Positions 53,424 through 64,000 of a stretch of DNA of 64,000 nt are shown in pieces. Source of the stretch: an uncultured delta proteobacterium (GTDB taxonomy: Bacteria > Myxococcota_A > Polyangia > Polyangiales > Polyangiaceae); assembly GCA_963716725.1 (NCBI GenBank), contig CAVQUB010000015.1, forward strand, positions 416,001-480,000, written 5' to 3'. The position numbers were made by a program, and so were the translations under genes. The notes beneath the pieces were generated by a model that did no database searches, was not told where the DNA came from, and saw only the letters and a list, made by a program, of their open reading frames with translations. Within the stretch, counting starts at the first letter, position 1; the number at the start of each line of letters is the position of its first letter.

Positions 53424-54670
53424 CCGGCGACGTGCAGACTCAGCAGATCGCCGTGGTTGGAGACCACGAACGCGCGGCTGCCGTGAGCCGCCGGCGTGTG
53501 CGACGACCCGTCGACCATGTGGATGCCGTCGATGACGCTGCCGTCCAGCGGCGACAGCAGAAACACGCCCAGCTTGCTGGTGTTGACCAGGAGCGCGCCG
53601 CGGATCGGAACCGGTGCGGAGATGCCGCCGTCCGGCAGCGACCGACGCCACTCGTCACGGCCCGTCTCGGGATCCAGCGCCCACAGTCCGGTGGTCCCGG
53701 TCGCCGCGAGCAGCAGCTTCTTCTCCGGCACTTTTGGGCCACCGTCCCGGGCTGCGTGCGCCGGCTCGGTCCAGAGCGTGAGCTCGCTGACGCCCTCGAC
53801 CGCGGGATTCGACCAAATGGGCGTCCCACTGTCGGCGTCGAGGGCCCAGACGCCTCCCGCGTAGCTGCCGACGTAGACCACGGCGCCCGCTTCGATGGTG
53901 TCGGCGACCGGGGTCGTGTCCACGTCCAGGTAGGTCGGGATCTCTCCCTGACGTTGCTCGGCTTCCGCGGCGAGATCCACGGGTTGCCAGATCTCATCGC
54001 CGGTCTTGGTGTCGAAAGCCGTGACCGTCCCGTCGCTGAAGCCCGCGAAGACCTTGCCGCGCCAGACCAGCGGTCCCGAGTAGCCGGCGACCTCCATGCC
54101 GAGTGCCGGCGTCCGGTGCTGGCTCCAGACCAGCTTGCCGGTCTTGGATTCGAGGGCGACGACCGTGTCGTTGGCGTTGACCGCGTAGATCACGCCGCGA
54201 TCGAGGACCGGGCGGCGGGCAACCTCGGCGTTGGTCGAGAAGCGCCAGAGCAGCTCTCCTGTCGCCGCTTTGACCTTGTAGAGTGCGCCGTCGTTCGAGC
54301 CGAAATACACGACGTCTTCGACAGAGTCGTAGAGCGGCGCGCACTGCACGAATCCCAGAGTCTCGAAGCGCCAGAGCACCTCACCGGTCACGGCGCGAAT
54401 CGCGTACAGCCCGCGATCGCTCGAGCCGACGAAGAGCCGGCGGCCCTTCGGATCGATCTCCGGCTGGCCGCGTTCGTAGGGCTCGCCCACCCGGCGGCTC
54501 TCGGCGACGATCTGCCGCTTGTAGACCAAGCTCAGCGATCCGCTCGGCCGGTACTTCCATAAGGGCAGCTCGGGGTTCGCTCCGGCCCGCAGCGACTCAC
54601 AGCCCGCCACAGCCGTCGCCAGCGTGACCGCGGCCAAGCCTGCGCTGATCGCTTGCCGGAGCAACCTCAC
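53408..54670 (-). CDS. bamB: PQQ-type beta-propeller lipoprotein, BamB-like
   Basis: lipobox VAGC; repeated TGEVLWRF/TGKLVWS Trp-docking motifs; LDVDTTPV; downstream of a YfgM-like gene. Confidence 0.75.
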   Translation of the reverse strand: MRLLRQAISAGLAAVTLATAVAGCESLRAGANPELPLWKYRPSGSLSLVYKRQIVAESRRVGEPYERGQPEIDPKGRRLFVGSSDRGLYAIRAVTGEVLWRFETLGFVQCAPLYDSVEDVVYFGSNDGALYKVKAATGELLWRFSTNAEVARRPVLDRGVIYAVNANDTVVALESKTGKLVWSQHRTPALGMEVAGYSGPLVWRGKVFAGFSDGTVTAFDTKTGDEIWQPVDLAAEAEQRQGEIPTYLDVDTTPVADTIEAGAVVYVGSYAGGVWALDADSGTPIWSNPAVEGVSELTLWTEPAHAARDGGPKVPEKKLLLAATGTTGLWALDPETGRDEWRRSLPDGGISAPVPIRGALLVNTSKLGVFLLSPLDGSVIDGIHMVDGSSHTPAAHGSRAFVVSNHGDLLSLHVAGPLGR

Positions 54671-55950
54671 GGCGCTCCGCTACCCGGCGGCGCGGGCATC
54701 GGCTCGGGCAGCGGCACCGGCGCACCGCCGGGATCGCCAGTCGGAGGCATGCCGGGCACCTTCATCTTGCCCATGTCCTCCAGCATCTTCTTGAGCTTGG
54801 CCGGATCCTTCAAGATCTGGTCCCGCATCTGGTCCATCTGCTCTGGTGAGTAGCTCGATCCGCCCGCGGGTGCGGTGGAAGGATCGATGATGGCCAACAG
54901 GTCGCGGGAGGCTTTCTCGACATAGCCCTCGGTCATGTAGGGCGACTTCTCTTTGTCGAGCTTCTCTTTGACCTGGGTCAAGAGTTCTTTGGCCTTGGCC
55001 TTGTCGCCGCGTGTGAAGTGCACGCGGGCTTGATGATAGAGCCCCAGCGGCGAAAACCCGGGTTCGTCGGACTTCTCGAGCTCCTGGAAGATCTTGAGCG
55101 CTCCGTCTGCGTCGCTCTTGGCCTCGAGGCAGAGCCCCACGCCCTCGAGGGCGCGCAGCCGGACGTCGGCGTCGTGCTTGGCCAGATCCGAGCCTTGGAC
55201 CTTCTCGTAGAGGCTCTTGGCGTCGTCGTATTTGCCCTGATCGTAGAGCACACCGGCCTGACCGAGCATGCCCAGGATGGCGGCGCCCGATCCCGCCTTC
55301 GCCTTTTGCGTGGCGACGAAGGCCTTTTCGGCCGCCTCGAGCCGAGCCTGGTCAGTGGCAAAGGTCGGTCGCGAGCTGAGGGCGGCTTCGTCGGGCGTCT
55401 CGCTCTCCGTCCCCACTCGCCCCAGCTCTGCCTCCACGCCGGCCATCAGCCCGTCCGCGGTCGCGCCCGCGGATTTCTTCGCGTTCCACGAATAGACCTG
55501 GAAGCCGATCCCGCCGACCACCGCCAGCACGACCAGCCACTGCAGCGCGCTCGAGTGCTTGCGGACGAACTGCGTCGCCGCGTGGGAGCTGCGAGCGAAC
55601 GCGTCGTCCATCATCTCGGAGGCGTCGAGCCCTCGCGCGACGGCTGCGTGGCGTTCACGTTCGCGCTTGCTGCCGCGCTTCTCGGCGCCCTGGGCGCGCA
55701 GGCGCTTGTTGCGATCGCGCACCGCTCCGGTCGCGCTCTTCTCCTCCTGCCGGACGCGCTTCTTCTCGGACTTGCTCAGCTTCTGGGGCGCGTCGTCGTC
55801 CGGAGCCGCCTCGCCGGTCGTCTCGATGACCTCGGTGTCGCGCTCCACGGCCTCGGCGCTCGTGTCGTCCGTTTCGGGTTCTCCCTCGTCGGCCTCGGCG
55901 CGCCGACGCGCCCGCCGTGAGAGCCGTTTTTCGTCGTCTTGCTCAGCCAC
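54667..55950 (-). CDS. YfgM-like membrane-anchored TPR protein
   Basis: charged N-terminus, single TM, TPR helices; yfgM-bamB gene order. Confidence 0.75.
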   Translation of the reverse strand: MAEQDDEKRLSRRARRRAEADEGEPETDDTSAEAVERDTEVIETTGEAAPDDDAPQKLSKSEKKRVRQEEKSATGAVRDRNKRLRAQGAEKRGSKRERERHAAVARGLDASEMMDDAFARSSHAATQFVRKHSSALQWLVVLAVVGGIGFQVYSWNAKKSAGATADGLMAGVEAELGRVGTESETPDEAALSSRPTFATDQARLEAAEKAFVATQKAKAGSGAAILGMLGQAGVLYDQGKYDDAKSLYEKVQGSDLAKHDADVRLRALEGVGLCLEAKSDADGALKIFQELEKSDEPGFSPLGLYHQARVHFTRGDKAKAKELLTQVKEKLDKEKSPYMTEGYVEKASRDLLAIIDPSTAPAGGSSYSPEQMDQMRDQILKDPAKLKKMLEDMGKMKVPGMPPTGDPGGAPVPLPEPMPAPPGSGAP

Positions 55951-55996
55951 CGGCGCCTCTATACCACCCTCGGTGGGTCCCGCGAGGGCTCTTCCT

Positions 55997-58900
55997 TCAG
56001 TCCGAGTCGCCGGGCTTCCAGGGCTTCGGGGCGGGCGGAGGAAGCTCGTCCGCCAGCGGGACCACGACCACCGCCTCCACCGCGACGTGCTCTTCGGCGA
56101 AGACAACCAGAGTGAGCGGTCGGCCGGCCCTGGCGCCGAGGCCCCCGGGCAACGTCGCGTGCACCTCCGTCGAGGCCCCCGCCGGAAGCTGGAGGGTCAC
56201 TCGGTCAGTCGGGTGAATTTGCGGTAACTTTCGGTCCTTTATCGGTGCACCTTTACGGTCGTACTTGATGGGTTCCAGGGCGCTCCCGATGTGCACCGCG
56301 CCGCTCCGGCCATGCGCGCCGCCGCGCACCAGGACTCGTACGCCTCTGCCGTTCCCGCCCCTCGGGACCACCAGCTGAAGCTTGACGCCCACCGCGCTCT
56401 GTTTGGTCAGGCGGGCGAGATCGCGCGCATCGGGTCCGCCGATGTTCGGCAGGATGCCGGCCCGCCGCGCCAGATCGACGCCGCCGGGCAGCGGGTCGGG
56501 CACACCCAAGAAACGCACCAGCGGCTCGGCCATCTCGGCCTCGGCGCCCAGCTCCACGAGCGCAGTCGCGATGGCGACGCGCGCGCCCTGGTACCGCTCG
56601 CCCGCCAGGGCCCGCGCCAAGGGTACCCGCGCCGCGTCGTCGCCTATCCGCGCGAGCGCTTCGGCGATGAAGGGACGCAGGCGGACGTCGCCCAGGCTCT
56701 GGGTCAGGGGCCAGACCGCGTCCTTGCTCCGGATCTTGGCCAGCGCCGCCAGAAGCTCGCGAGACCGGACGAAGTCCCGTGCCGGCGCGTCGCGCCACCA
56801 CGCGACCAGCGCCGCCTCCCCGCGCCGGTCACCGGCCTCGGCGAGCGCCAGCGACGCGAGGCGCTTCCAGCGAAGGTCGTCGGAGCGTACGAGCTCGAAC
56901 ACCAGCGGCGCGCCTTGATCGAGGCGCGTCAGACCGAGCGCCGCCCAGCGCTTCACCTCGAGGTCTTCGTCGCGACCGAGGGCCAGGCGCAGGCTCTCCG
57001 CGGTCTCCGGCCGCCGCAGCTCGAACAGGAGCTCCGTGGCCTTTCGGCGGATGACCACGTCCGCGTCATCGAGCAGCGGCACCAGCTCGTCGGCGGCGTC
57101 GCCATCTCCCGAGATGCCTCGGAGAATGGCCTCGGGCCAGCCCTTGCCTTCGGCGCGGAGCCCCTTCACCTCGTAGCGACCGTGGGAGGCGCCCAGGTCG
57201 CGCAGTCGGGCGCGCAGCTCTCGAAAACGTCCGGCCTCGTGGCCCGATCGATCCGCGGTTTGCCGCGGGTCGCTGTCGACATCGAAGAGCTGGCAGGCGC
57301 CGAGTTTGCGCTGGCAGACCAGCCGCCAGGGGCCTTCGGCCAAGAGCGCCTGCTCTTCGGTCTCGGCCAGGGCGAGCCCGGGACCGCTCTCCCGTGAGCC
57401 ACTCAAGAGCGGCCCGAGATCTCGCCCGCGGATCCGCGGCGGCCGCGGGATGTCGAGGGCGGACAGGACCGTGGGCAGGAGATCGATGGTCTGCACGACC
57501 TCGGTGATCTTGCGCGGCGCGATGGCGTTCGGGGCGGATATGACCAGTGGCACCCGCAGCTGCTCTTCGTAGACGGTGGTGCCGTGATAGCGCCCGCCGT
57601 GGTCGCCGAACTCCTCGCCGTGATCGGCCGTGACGATCACCGCGCCGTCCGGGCGGTGCTGGCGGAACACGCGCACCAGCGCGCCGACGGTCTCGTCGGC
57701 GGCGCGGATCTCCGAGTCGTAGCGGTCCACGTCGCGGTTGCCGAAGTCGTGTCCTGCGTGGGCCTCGTAGGGCTCATGGGGACCGAAGAGGTGCACCCAG
57801 ACGAACAAGCGCCCGTCGGGGCCGACCTGGCCCAGATAGCTCGAGACCTGGTCGACGCGCCCCTGCCCCTCCATGAACTCCACCTTTCGGTACTCGAAGC
57901 CGAGAAAGGAGTCTCTGAAGGGCGCGAAGCGATCGGTGTCGATGAAGAAGACCGCCGGCGGGTAGAAAGCTGCGGTTTTCCGCGAGTATGTGCGCATCAG
58001 CGACGCCCACGTGTCCGAGTCCGAGCCGGCGCCCTGCAAGATCAGCGGACGCATGTACTTGCCCGTCATCAGCGAGGCGATGGAGTAGCTGGTGTGCGGC
58101 GTCGCCGCGTAGGCGTGGGTGAAGCGCGCGCCCGAGGCCGCCAGCTCGTCGATGTTGGGCGTGGTCTTCCGACTGTAGCCGTAGGCCCCGACGTGATCGG
58201 CGCGCAGGGCGTCCACGGTGACCAGCAGCAGATCACGATCACGGAGGTCGATGCTGCGGGAGCCCGCCGGGACGGTCGCCTCCGACTCTCCGGATCCGCC
58301 TTCGGCGAGGGGCGCGGGCGGAGAGAGCCAGGCCGCCAGCCGCACGGCTTGGCCGCCGATGGGCGCTTGGTCGATCACCACCACCCGAAAGTTGTCGAAG
58401 CCCGCGAGACGCGCCGCCGCCGGTCGAGCCAACACTCCCAAGGCGGCCAGCAGCACCAGAGCGACGACTGCCCCGAGCGGACCGCGGCGCCGCTGCCCCG
58501 GGGGCACCGCGGCCGCCAAGGCGGGAGCCAACGCCAGGCACGCGGCGGCGAGGGCGAGGTGCAGCGCGGGGTACAGCCTCACCAGCACGAAGCGGTTGGC
58601 GAGCTCGAGGGCGGCGATGAACGCGAAGGCGCCGAGGGCCGAGGTCGTCGGTCGGTGCCGGATCAGGCGGGCCAGTCGCGGCGCCGATACGTGGGCGGCG
58701 AAGGCCAGCGAAAACGCCACGGCGAGGACGAAGGTTGCGCGGCGCGGGAGGGGCGCGAGCAGACGCCCGCCGCTGACGGAGTGGGCGACCACTCCAGCCA
58801 AGACGCCGACCACGAGAGCGAGCGCGATGCGCGCTTCGCGCTCGGTCCCGCGCTCGAGCAGGGCGACGAGGGCTGCACCGACCAGGCCGCAGGCCGCTGC

Positions 58901-59086
58901 GAACAGCAGCAGCGTCGGCGCGAGGTACACGATCCCGAGCTGCACCTCCCACACTCCGGCCAAGTCGCGCCGTCGCAGGGCGAGCACCAGCCCGAGTTCG
59001 AACAACGCCACCAGCGCCGCTGCGCCGACCGCAGCCGTGACGCGAGCGCTTGGGCCGCGGCGCTCAGCGGAATTCGACGCTGACAA
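55997..59086 (-). CDS. multi-TM sulfatase/alkaline-phosphatase-superfamily protein with HEAT repeats
   Basis: [40 protein letters not shown] motifs; ~7 TM helices N-terminal; HEAT repeats C-terminal. Confidence 0.85.
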   Translation of the reverse strand: MSASNSAERRGPSARVTAAVGAAALVALFELGLVLALRRRDLAGVWEVQLGIVYLAPTLLLFAAACGLVGAALVALLERGTEREARIALALVVGVLAGVVAHSVSGGRLLAPLPRRATFVLAVAFSLAFAAHVSAPRLARLIRHRPTTSALGAFAFIAALELANRFVLVRLYPALHLALAAACLALAPALAAAVPPGQRRRGPLGAVVALVLLAALGVLARPAAARLAGFDNFRVVVIDQAPIGGQAVRLAAWLSPPAPLAEGGSGESEATVPAGSRSIDLRDRDLLLVTVDALRADHVGAYGYSRKTTPNIDELAASGARFTHAYAATPHTSYSIASLMTGKYMRPLILQGAGSDSDTWASLMRTYSRKTAAFYPPAVFFIDTDRFAPFRDSFLGFEYRKVEFMEGQGRVDQVSSYLGQVGPDGRLFVWVHLFGPHEPYEAHAGHDFGNRDVDRYDSEIRAADETVGALVRVFRQHRPDGAVIVTADHGEEFGDHGGRYHGTTVYEEQLRVPLVISAPNAIAPRKITEVVQTIDLLPTVLSALDIPRPPRIRGRDLGPLLSGSRESGPGLALAETEEQALLAEGPWRLVCQRKLGACQLFDVDSDPRQTADRSGHEAGRFRELRARLRDLGASHGRYEVKGLRAEGKGWPEAILRGISGDGDAADELVPLLDDADVVIRRKATELLFELRRPETAESLRLALGRDEDLEVKRWAALGLTRLDQGAPLVFELVRSDDLRWKRLASLALAEAGDRRGEAALVAWWRDAPARDFVRSRELLAALAKIRSKDAVWPLTQSLGDVRLRPFIAEALARIGDDAARVPLARALAGERYQGARVAIATALVELGAEAEMAEPLVRFLGVPDPLPGGVDLARRAGILPNIGGPDARDLARLTKQSAVGVKLQLVVPRGGNGRGVRVLVRGGAHGRSGAVHIGSALEPIKYDRKGAPIKDRKLPQIHPTDRVTLQLPAGASTEVHATLPGGLGARAGRPLTLVVFAEEHVAVEAVVVVPLADELPPPAPKPWKPGDSD

Positions 59087-59537
59087 GCTCGTAGTGACGG
59101 GCGCCCCCAGGGAGCTCGACCTTGACCTCGTCCCCCGCCTCCTTGCCGAGCAGGGCGCGGGCCAGCGGCGCGGAAATGGAGATGGTGCCTTGTTTCAGAT
59201 CGGACTCGTCGGCCCCGACAATCTGGTAGGTCGACTCTTCGTCGGTCTCGACGTTGAGCAGGCTGACGGTAGCGCCGAAGCGCACCTTGTCCCCGCTCAG
59301 CGAGGCCGGATCGATGACCTCCGACCGGGAGATCTTGTCGGACAGATCCTTGATCCGGGCCTCGACCATGCCCTGTCGCTCCTTCGCCGCGTGGTACTCG
59401 GCGTTCTCGCTGAGATCACCGTGCTCTCGCGCCACGCCGATCTCTCGCGAGATCTTGGGCCGCTCCTCTTTGAGGCGGGCGAGCTCCTCTTTGAGCTTCT
59501 CCGCCCCCCGGGGCGTCATTGGGACCTTCTCGACCAT
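59064..59537 (-). CDS. greA: transcription elongation factor GreA
   Basis: AREHGDLSENAEYHAAKE, VRFGATV, ISISAPLARALLGK. Confidence 0.96.
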   Translation of the reverse strand: MVEKVPMTPRGAEKLKEELARLKEERPKISREIGVAREHGDLSENAEYHAAKERQGMVEARIKDLSDKISRSEVIDPASLSGDKVRFGATVSLLNVETDEESTYQIVGADESDLKQGTISISAPLARALLGKEAGDEVKVELPGGARHYELVSVEFR

Positions 59538-59646
59538 GGGCCCCCCCGATCTACCTGAGGCGCGGGGCTAATCAAGCGAGAACGGCCTGACCCCGGCGCT
59601 GGAGCTTGCCCTCGCTCCAGCGAGCCGCTACTCAAGCGTCCGCGTC

Positions 59647-60463
59647 ATGCGGCTGGTCGGCAAAATTGCGGTGCTCTTCGCCCTCGGCGCCGTGGCGCCC
59701 GCCTGCGGCGCCACCAAGCCGGCGGCGAGCCCGCTGGCGTACTCCGAGAACGCCAAGATCGAGTACGACGGGCGCTCAAGGCGTTCTTCGACAAGGACTG
59801 GGAAGAGGCCGCCCTGCTGTTTCGGGAGGTCAAGCGCAAGTACGGCTACAGCCGCTACGCGCGCCTGGCGGACCTGCGCCTCGCGGACATCGAGTTCCAG
59901 CAGGACAAGTTCGCCGAGTCGATCAGCGCGTACAAGGCGTTCGTTCACGACTACCCGAACGATCCGGACGTGCCCTACGCGCGTTATCGAGTCTCCAAGG
60001 CGCTCTTCGAGCAATCCGCGCCGACCATGCTCTTGCCGCCCCTCGAAGAGCGCGGACCTGGCCAACGTGCTACGACGCGTACGACACCATCCGTGCGTTC
60101 CTGGGAGATTTCCCCCACTACAAGCGGGCGCGAGAGCTCGAGTACATGCTCGAGATGGTGGCTGGGCTCTTGGCGCGCCACGAGCTCTACGTCGCGCGCT
60201 TCTACCTGGCCCGCGGCAACTTCCCAGCTGCCGTCGCCCGCTGCCAATACGCGCTCCGCACCTACGAGGGGTCGGGCCTGGAAGCCGAGGCAATGCTGCT
60301 GCTCGGCGAGACCTACATGAAGATGCACAAGCGGAAGCAAGGCCCGGACGGTCCTCCGCCAGCTGCTCTCGCTCTACCCAGAGAGCCCGTTCGGCATTCC
60401 CGCCGGGTTTCCTGCGCTTGATGCAGGACGACGCGGTCGTACCGCCCGCCCCGACTGAAGTGA
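59647..60463 (+). CDS. bamD: outer membrane assembly factor BamD, several frameshifts (probable assembly errors); end approximate
   Basis: lipobox APAC; across frames [43 protein letters not shown]. Confidence 0.8.
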
Positions 60464-60465
60464 CC

Positions 60466-61905
<1,440 letters not shown>

Positions 61906-61931
<26 letters not shown>

Positions 61932-62712
61932 TCAGAGCCGTGGTCGCCTGATCGGCCCCGGCGACCCTTCTGCCATCTTCGTGGAGGGATCGGCGCCGGC
62001 GATCCTCGGCATTCACGGCTTCGGCGGCACGCCCCTCGAGGTAGGTCTGGTCGCCGACGTGGCGCGGACTCTCGGTCGCCGCGCGCACCTGCCGCTCTTG
62101 CCGGGCCACGGCACCCACGCCGACGACCTGTCCCGCGCGCGTTGGGAGGACTGGACCGCCGCGGTCGAGGCCGCCCTCGATAGCATTAGTGCCCCCGGAG
62201 AGCCCTGCGTCGTCGTGGGGCTGTCGCTCGGCTCGCTGCTCGCGACCCACCTGGCGGTCACGCATCCCGAGCGCGTGAGCGCCCTGGTGCTCTTGTCCAA
62301 TGCGTTCTGGCTGACCGCGCCCTTCCCGGCTTGGGCCCTGCGGGCGGTCGATGCCCTCGGCCTGCCGGACTTCCGCCTGCCCAAGGTGGCCGCGGACATC
62401 GCCGATCCGAACGCCCGGCGCACGCACCTCACCTATGGCGAGCATCCGGTGCACGCCGCGGTGGCCGTCGAGCGGGCCGGTGCTCGCATGCGGTCCCGGC
62501 TGCCGGACGTGCAAGCCCCGACGCTGATCGTGCACGGCGCCCGCGATCGCGTCTGCCCCGTGGCCAACGCGGATCGCGTCGCCGCGCGGCTCGGCACCCG
62601 CGACGTGCGCGTGGTGGTGCTGCCGCAATCTCGCCACATCGTGACCCGCGATCTCGAGCGCGCGGCCGTGGCTGCGGAGCTTTCGCGCTTCATCGAGCGC
62701 TTCCCCAGCTAA
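61906..62712 (+). CDS. alpha/beta hydrolase (carboxylesterase-like); start uncertain
   Basis: HGFGG, LPGHG, GLSLG nucleophile elbow, HGARD, SRH. Confidence 0.85.
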
Positions 62713-62717
62713 CCTGC

Positions 62718-63239
62718 CTACAGGCAATACAGGAAGAAATCCGGGCAACAGTCCAGGTTCGCGATGCACACCACGTCGCAATAACACCCGGCGCCCTGCG
62801 GCTCGGGGGATCCACAGTTGCCGCCGCACTGTCCGCTCGGTGGCGGGGTGCCGCCGGCTCCCCCGCCCCCGCTGCTTCCACCGGCGCCGCTCCCCGCGCT
62901 CCCGCCAGCGCCTCCGCCGCCCGCCGGCGGACCGCAACAGTCGGTGCAGGTCATGGGGTGACAGAACTTGTCGTCGCAGCACGACTCGTCGCTGGCGCAG
63001 GTCTTGGTGCCGCACTGCGGACCGGTCTCCGCGCCTTCGTCCCCGTTGTCGCCCTTGGCGGGATCCGTGTTGCTCGCCCCGCCGCTGGCGGGGTTCTGCG
63101 CGGGCTCCTCTTCTTGTCCCGAACCCGACCCCACGGACGAGACGGGCGTGGTCTCGGGCAGCCGATCGGTGTCGGTCTCTTCGCCGGTGCCGGCGGCGCA
63201 GCCCAGGGTCACGACAGCGATCAACAGTAGGCGCCTCAT
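62718..63239 (-). CDS. Cys-rich lipoprotein with somatomedin-B-like C-terminus
   Basis: lipobox TLGC; CGGNCG...CYCDVVCIANLDCCPDF. Confidence 0.75.
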   Translation of the reverse strand: MRRLLLIAVVTLGCAAGTGEETDTDRLPETTPVSSVGSGSGQEEEPAQNPASGGASNTDPAKGDNGDEGAETGPQCGTKTCASDESCCDDKFCHPMTCTDCCGPPAGGGGAGGSAGSGAGGSSGGGGAGGTPPPSGQCGGNCGSPEPQGAGCYCDVVCIANLDCCPDFFLYCL

Positions 63240-64000
63240 CACTCGCACTCGACTCGGGTGTAGGTGACGCCCTGCTCGGTCCGGTGCGCGACGAGCACGC
63301 CGCCGTCGGGCAAGGCGGCCAGATCCCGAAACGACTCCTCGGGCAAGGTGTTGGCGGCCACGCTGGCGGTTCCCGTGGGCGCTCCGCCCAAGGGCTCGAG
63401 GCAGACGATCTTGATCTCGGTCTGGGTCTCGCTCTGGCCGGGCTGCACCTCGGCCGCGAAGTAGATCGTGCCCGCGCGGTCGCTATCGAGCAGGAGGATC
63501 TGGCGGACCGGGGCCTCGAGGCGGAGCTCCCGGGTGAAGCGGTGCTGGAGCGGCGCGCGATCGGTGACGGTCACGTAGGCTCTGCCGGAGGCAGCTTCGA
63601 TGATGCCCGACGCCAGAAAAGCCGTACCGTCGCGGCTCGGTCGCCCGGGGATCTCGCTCCGATCGGCGGCCGGCACGCCGGAGAGCGAGCCCAGCTTCAC
63701 CATTGGGCCGTGGGCGCGCTCGGCGTAGACGTCGTTGCCGTCGACCGCGATGCTGGTGATGCTGCCCGTGTCGGGCACGCCTGGGCCCTCCAGTGGGAGT
63801 TTGCCGAGGGGTCGCCCCGAAGCGTCGAAGAGCGAGACCGAACGATCGCGGAAGCGATCGAGCACGGCCATCGATCCGTCGTCTGCCCAGGCGACGTCCT
63901 CGGGGTAGCCGCCGACCGGGATCAACGTGTTCGCCGAGCCGTCGGCGTTGCGACGCACCAGTCGGTCGTTGACGTTGTCGAGCACCAGCAGCCCACCCTT
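63239..64000 (-). CDS. beta-propeller (NHL-like) protein, 5' end beyond the window
   Basis: frame open to the window edge; VLDNVNDRL, VLDRFRD repeats. Confidence 0.7.
   Translation of the reverse strand, partial: KGGLLVLDNVNDRLVRRNADGSANTLIPVGGYPEDVAWADDGSMAVLDRFRDRSVSLFDASGRPLGKLPLEGPGVPDTGSITSIAVDGNDVYAERAHGPMVKLGSLSGVPAADRSEIPGRPSRDGTAFLASGIIEAASGRAYVTVTDRAPLQHRFTRELRLEAPVRQILLLDSDRAGTIYFAAEVQPGQSETQTEIKIVCLEPLGGAPTGTASVAANTLPEESFRDLAALPDGGVLVAHRTEQGVTYTRVECE

Overview
High-GC chromosomal DNA with a strongly myxobacterial (Myxococcota, Polyangiales-like) gene complement: Cys/Gly-rich lipoproteins, Ser/Thr kinases, sigma-54 regulators, a K+ uptake pair, DAHP synthase, an ABC efflux operon, tRNA-Gln/tRNA-Glu, a solo groEL, yfgM-bamB, greA and bamD. 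The most notable feature is a 2.7-kb mobile element at 15812-18517, bounded by 16-bp terminal inverted repeats (14/16 identical) and a 5-bp TTCAG target duplication. In transcription order (minus strand) it carries a ~540-bp non-coding leader, an intact HNH endonuclease gene with a RuvA-C-like tail, and an internally deleted IS1182-family transposase. This layout recalls nuclease-carrying IS elements, but with different protein families; RNA guidance is a hypothesis only. The window also has a XerCD dif-like site (53170-53197), a phosphatase/ADP-ribosylhydrolase fusion, a probable CTG-initiated gene and two good sigma-54 promoters. Several single-base frameshifts are most likely assembly errors; four isolated ones sit at GATTCT. 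All product calls come from motif recognition by eye, with no database searches.
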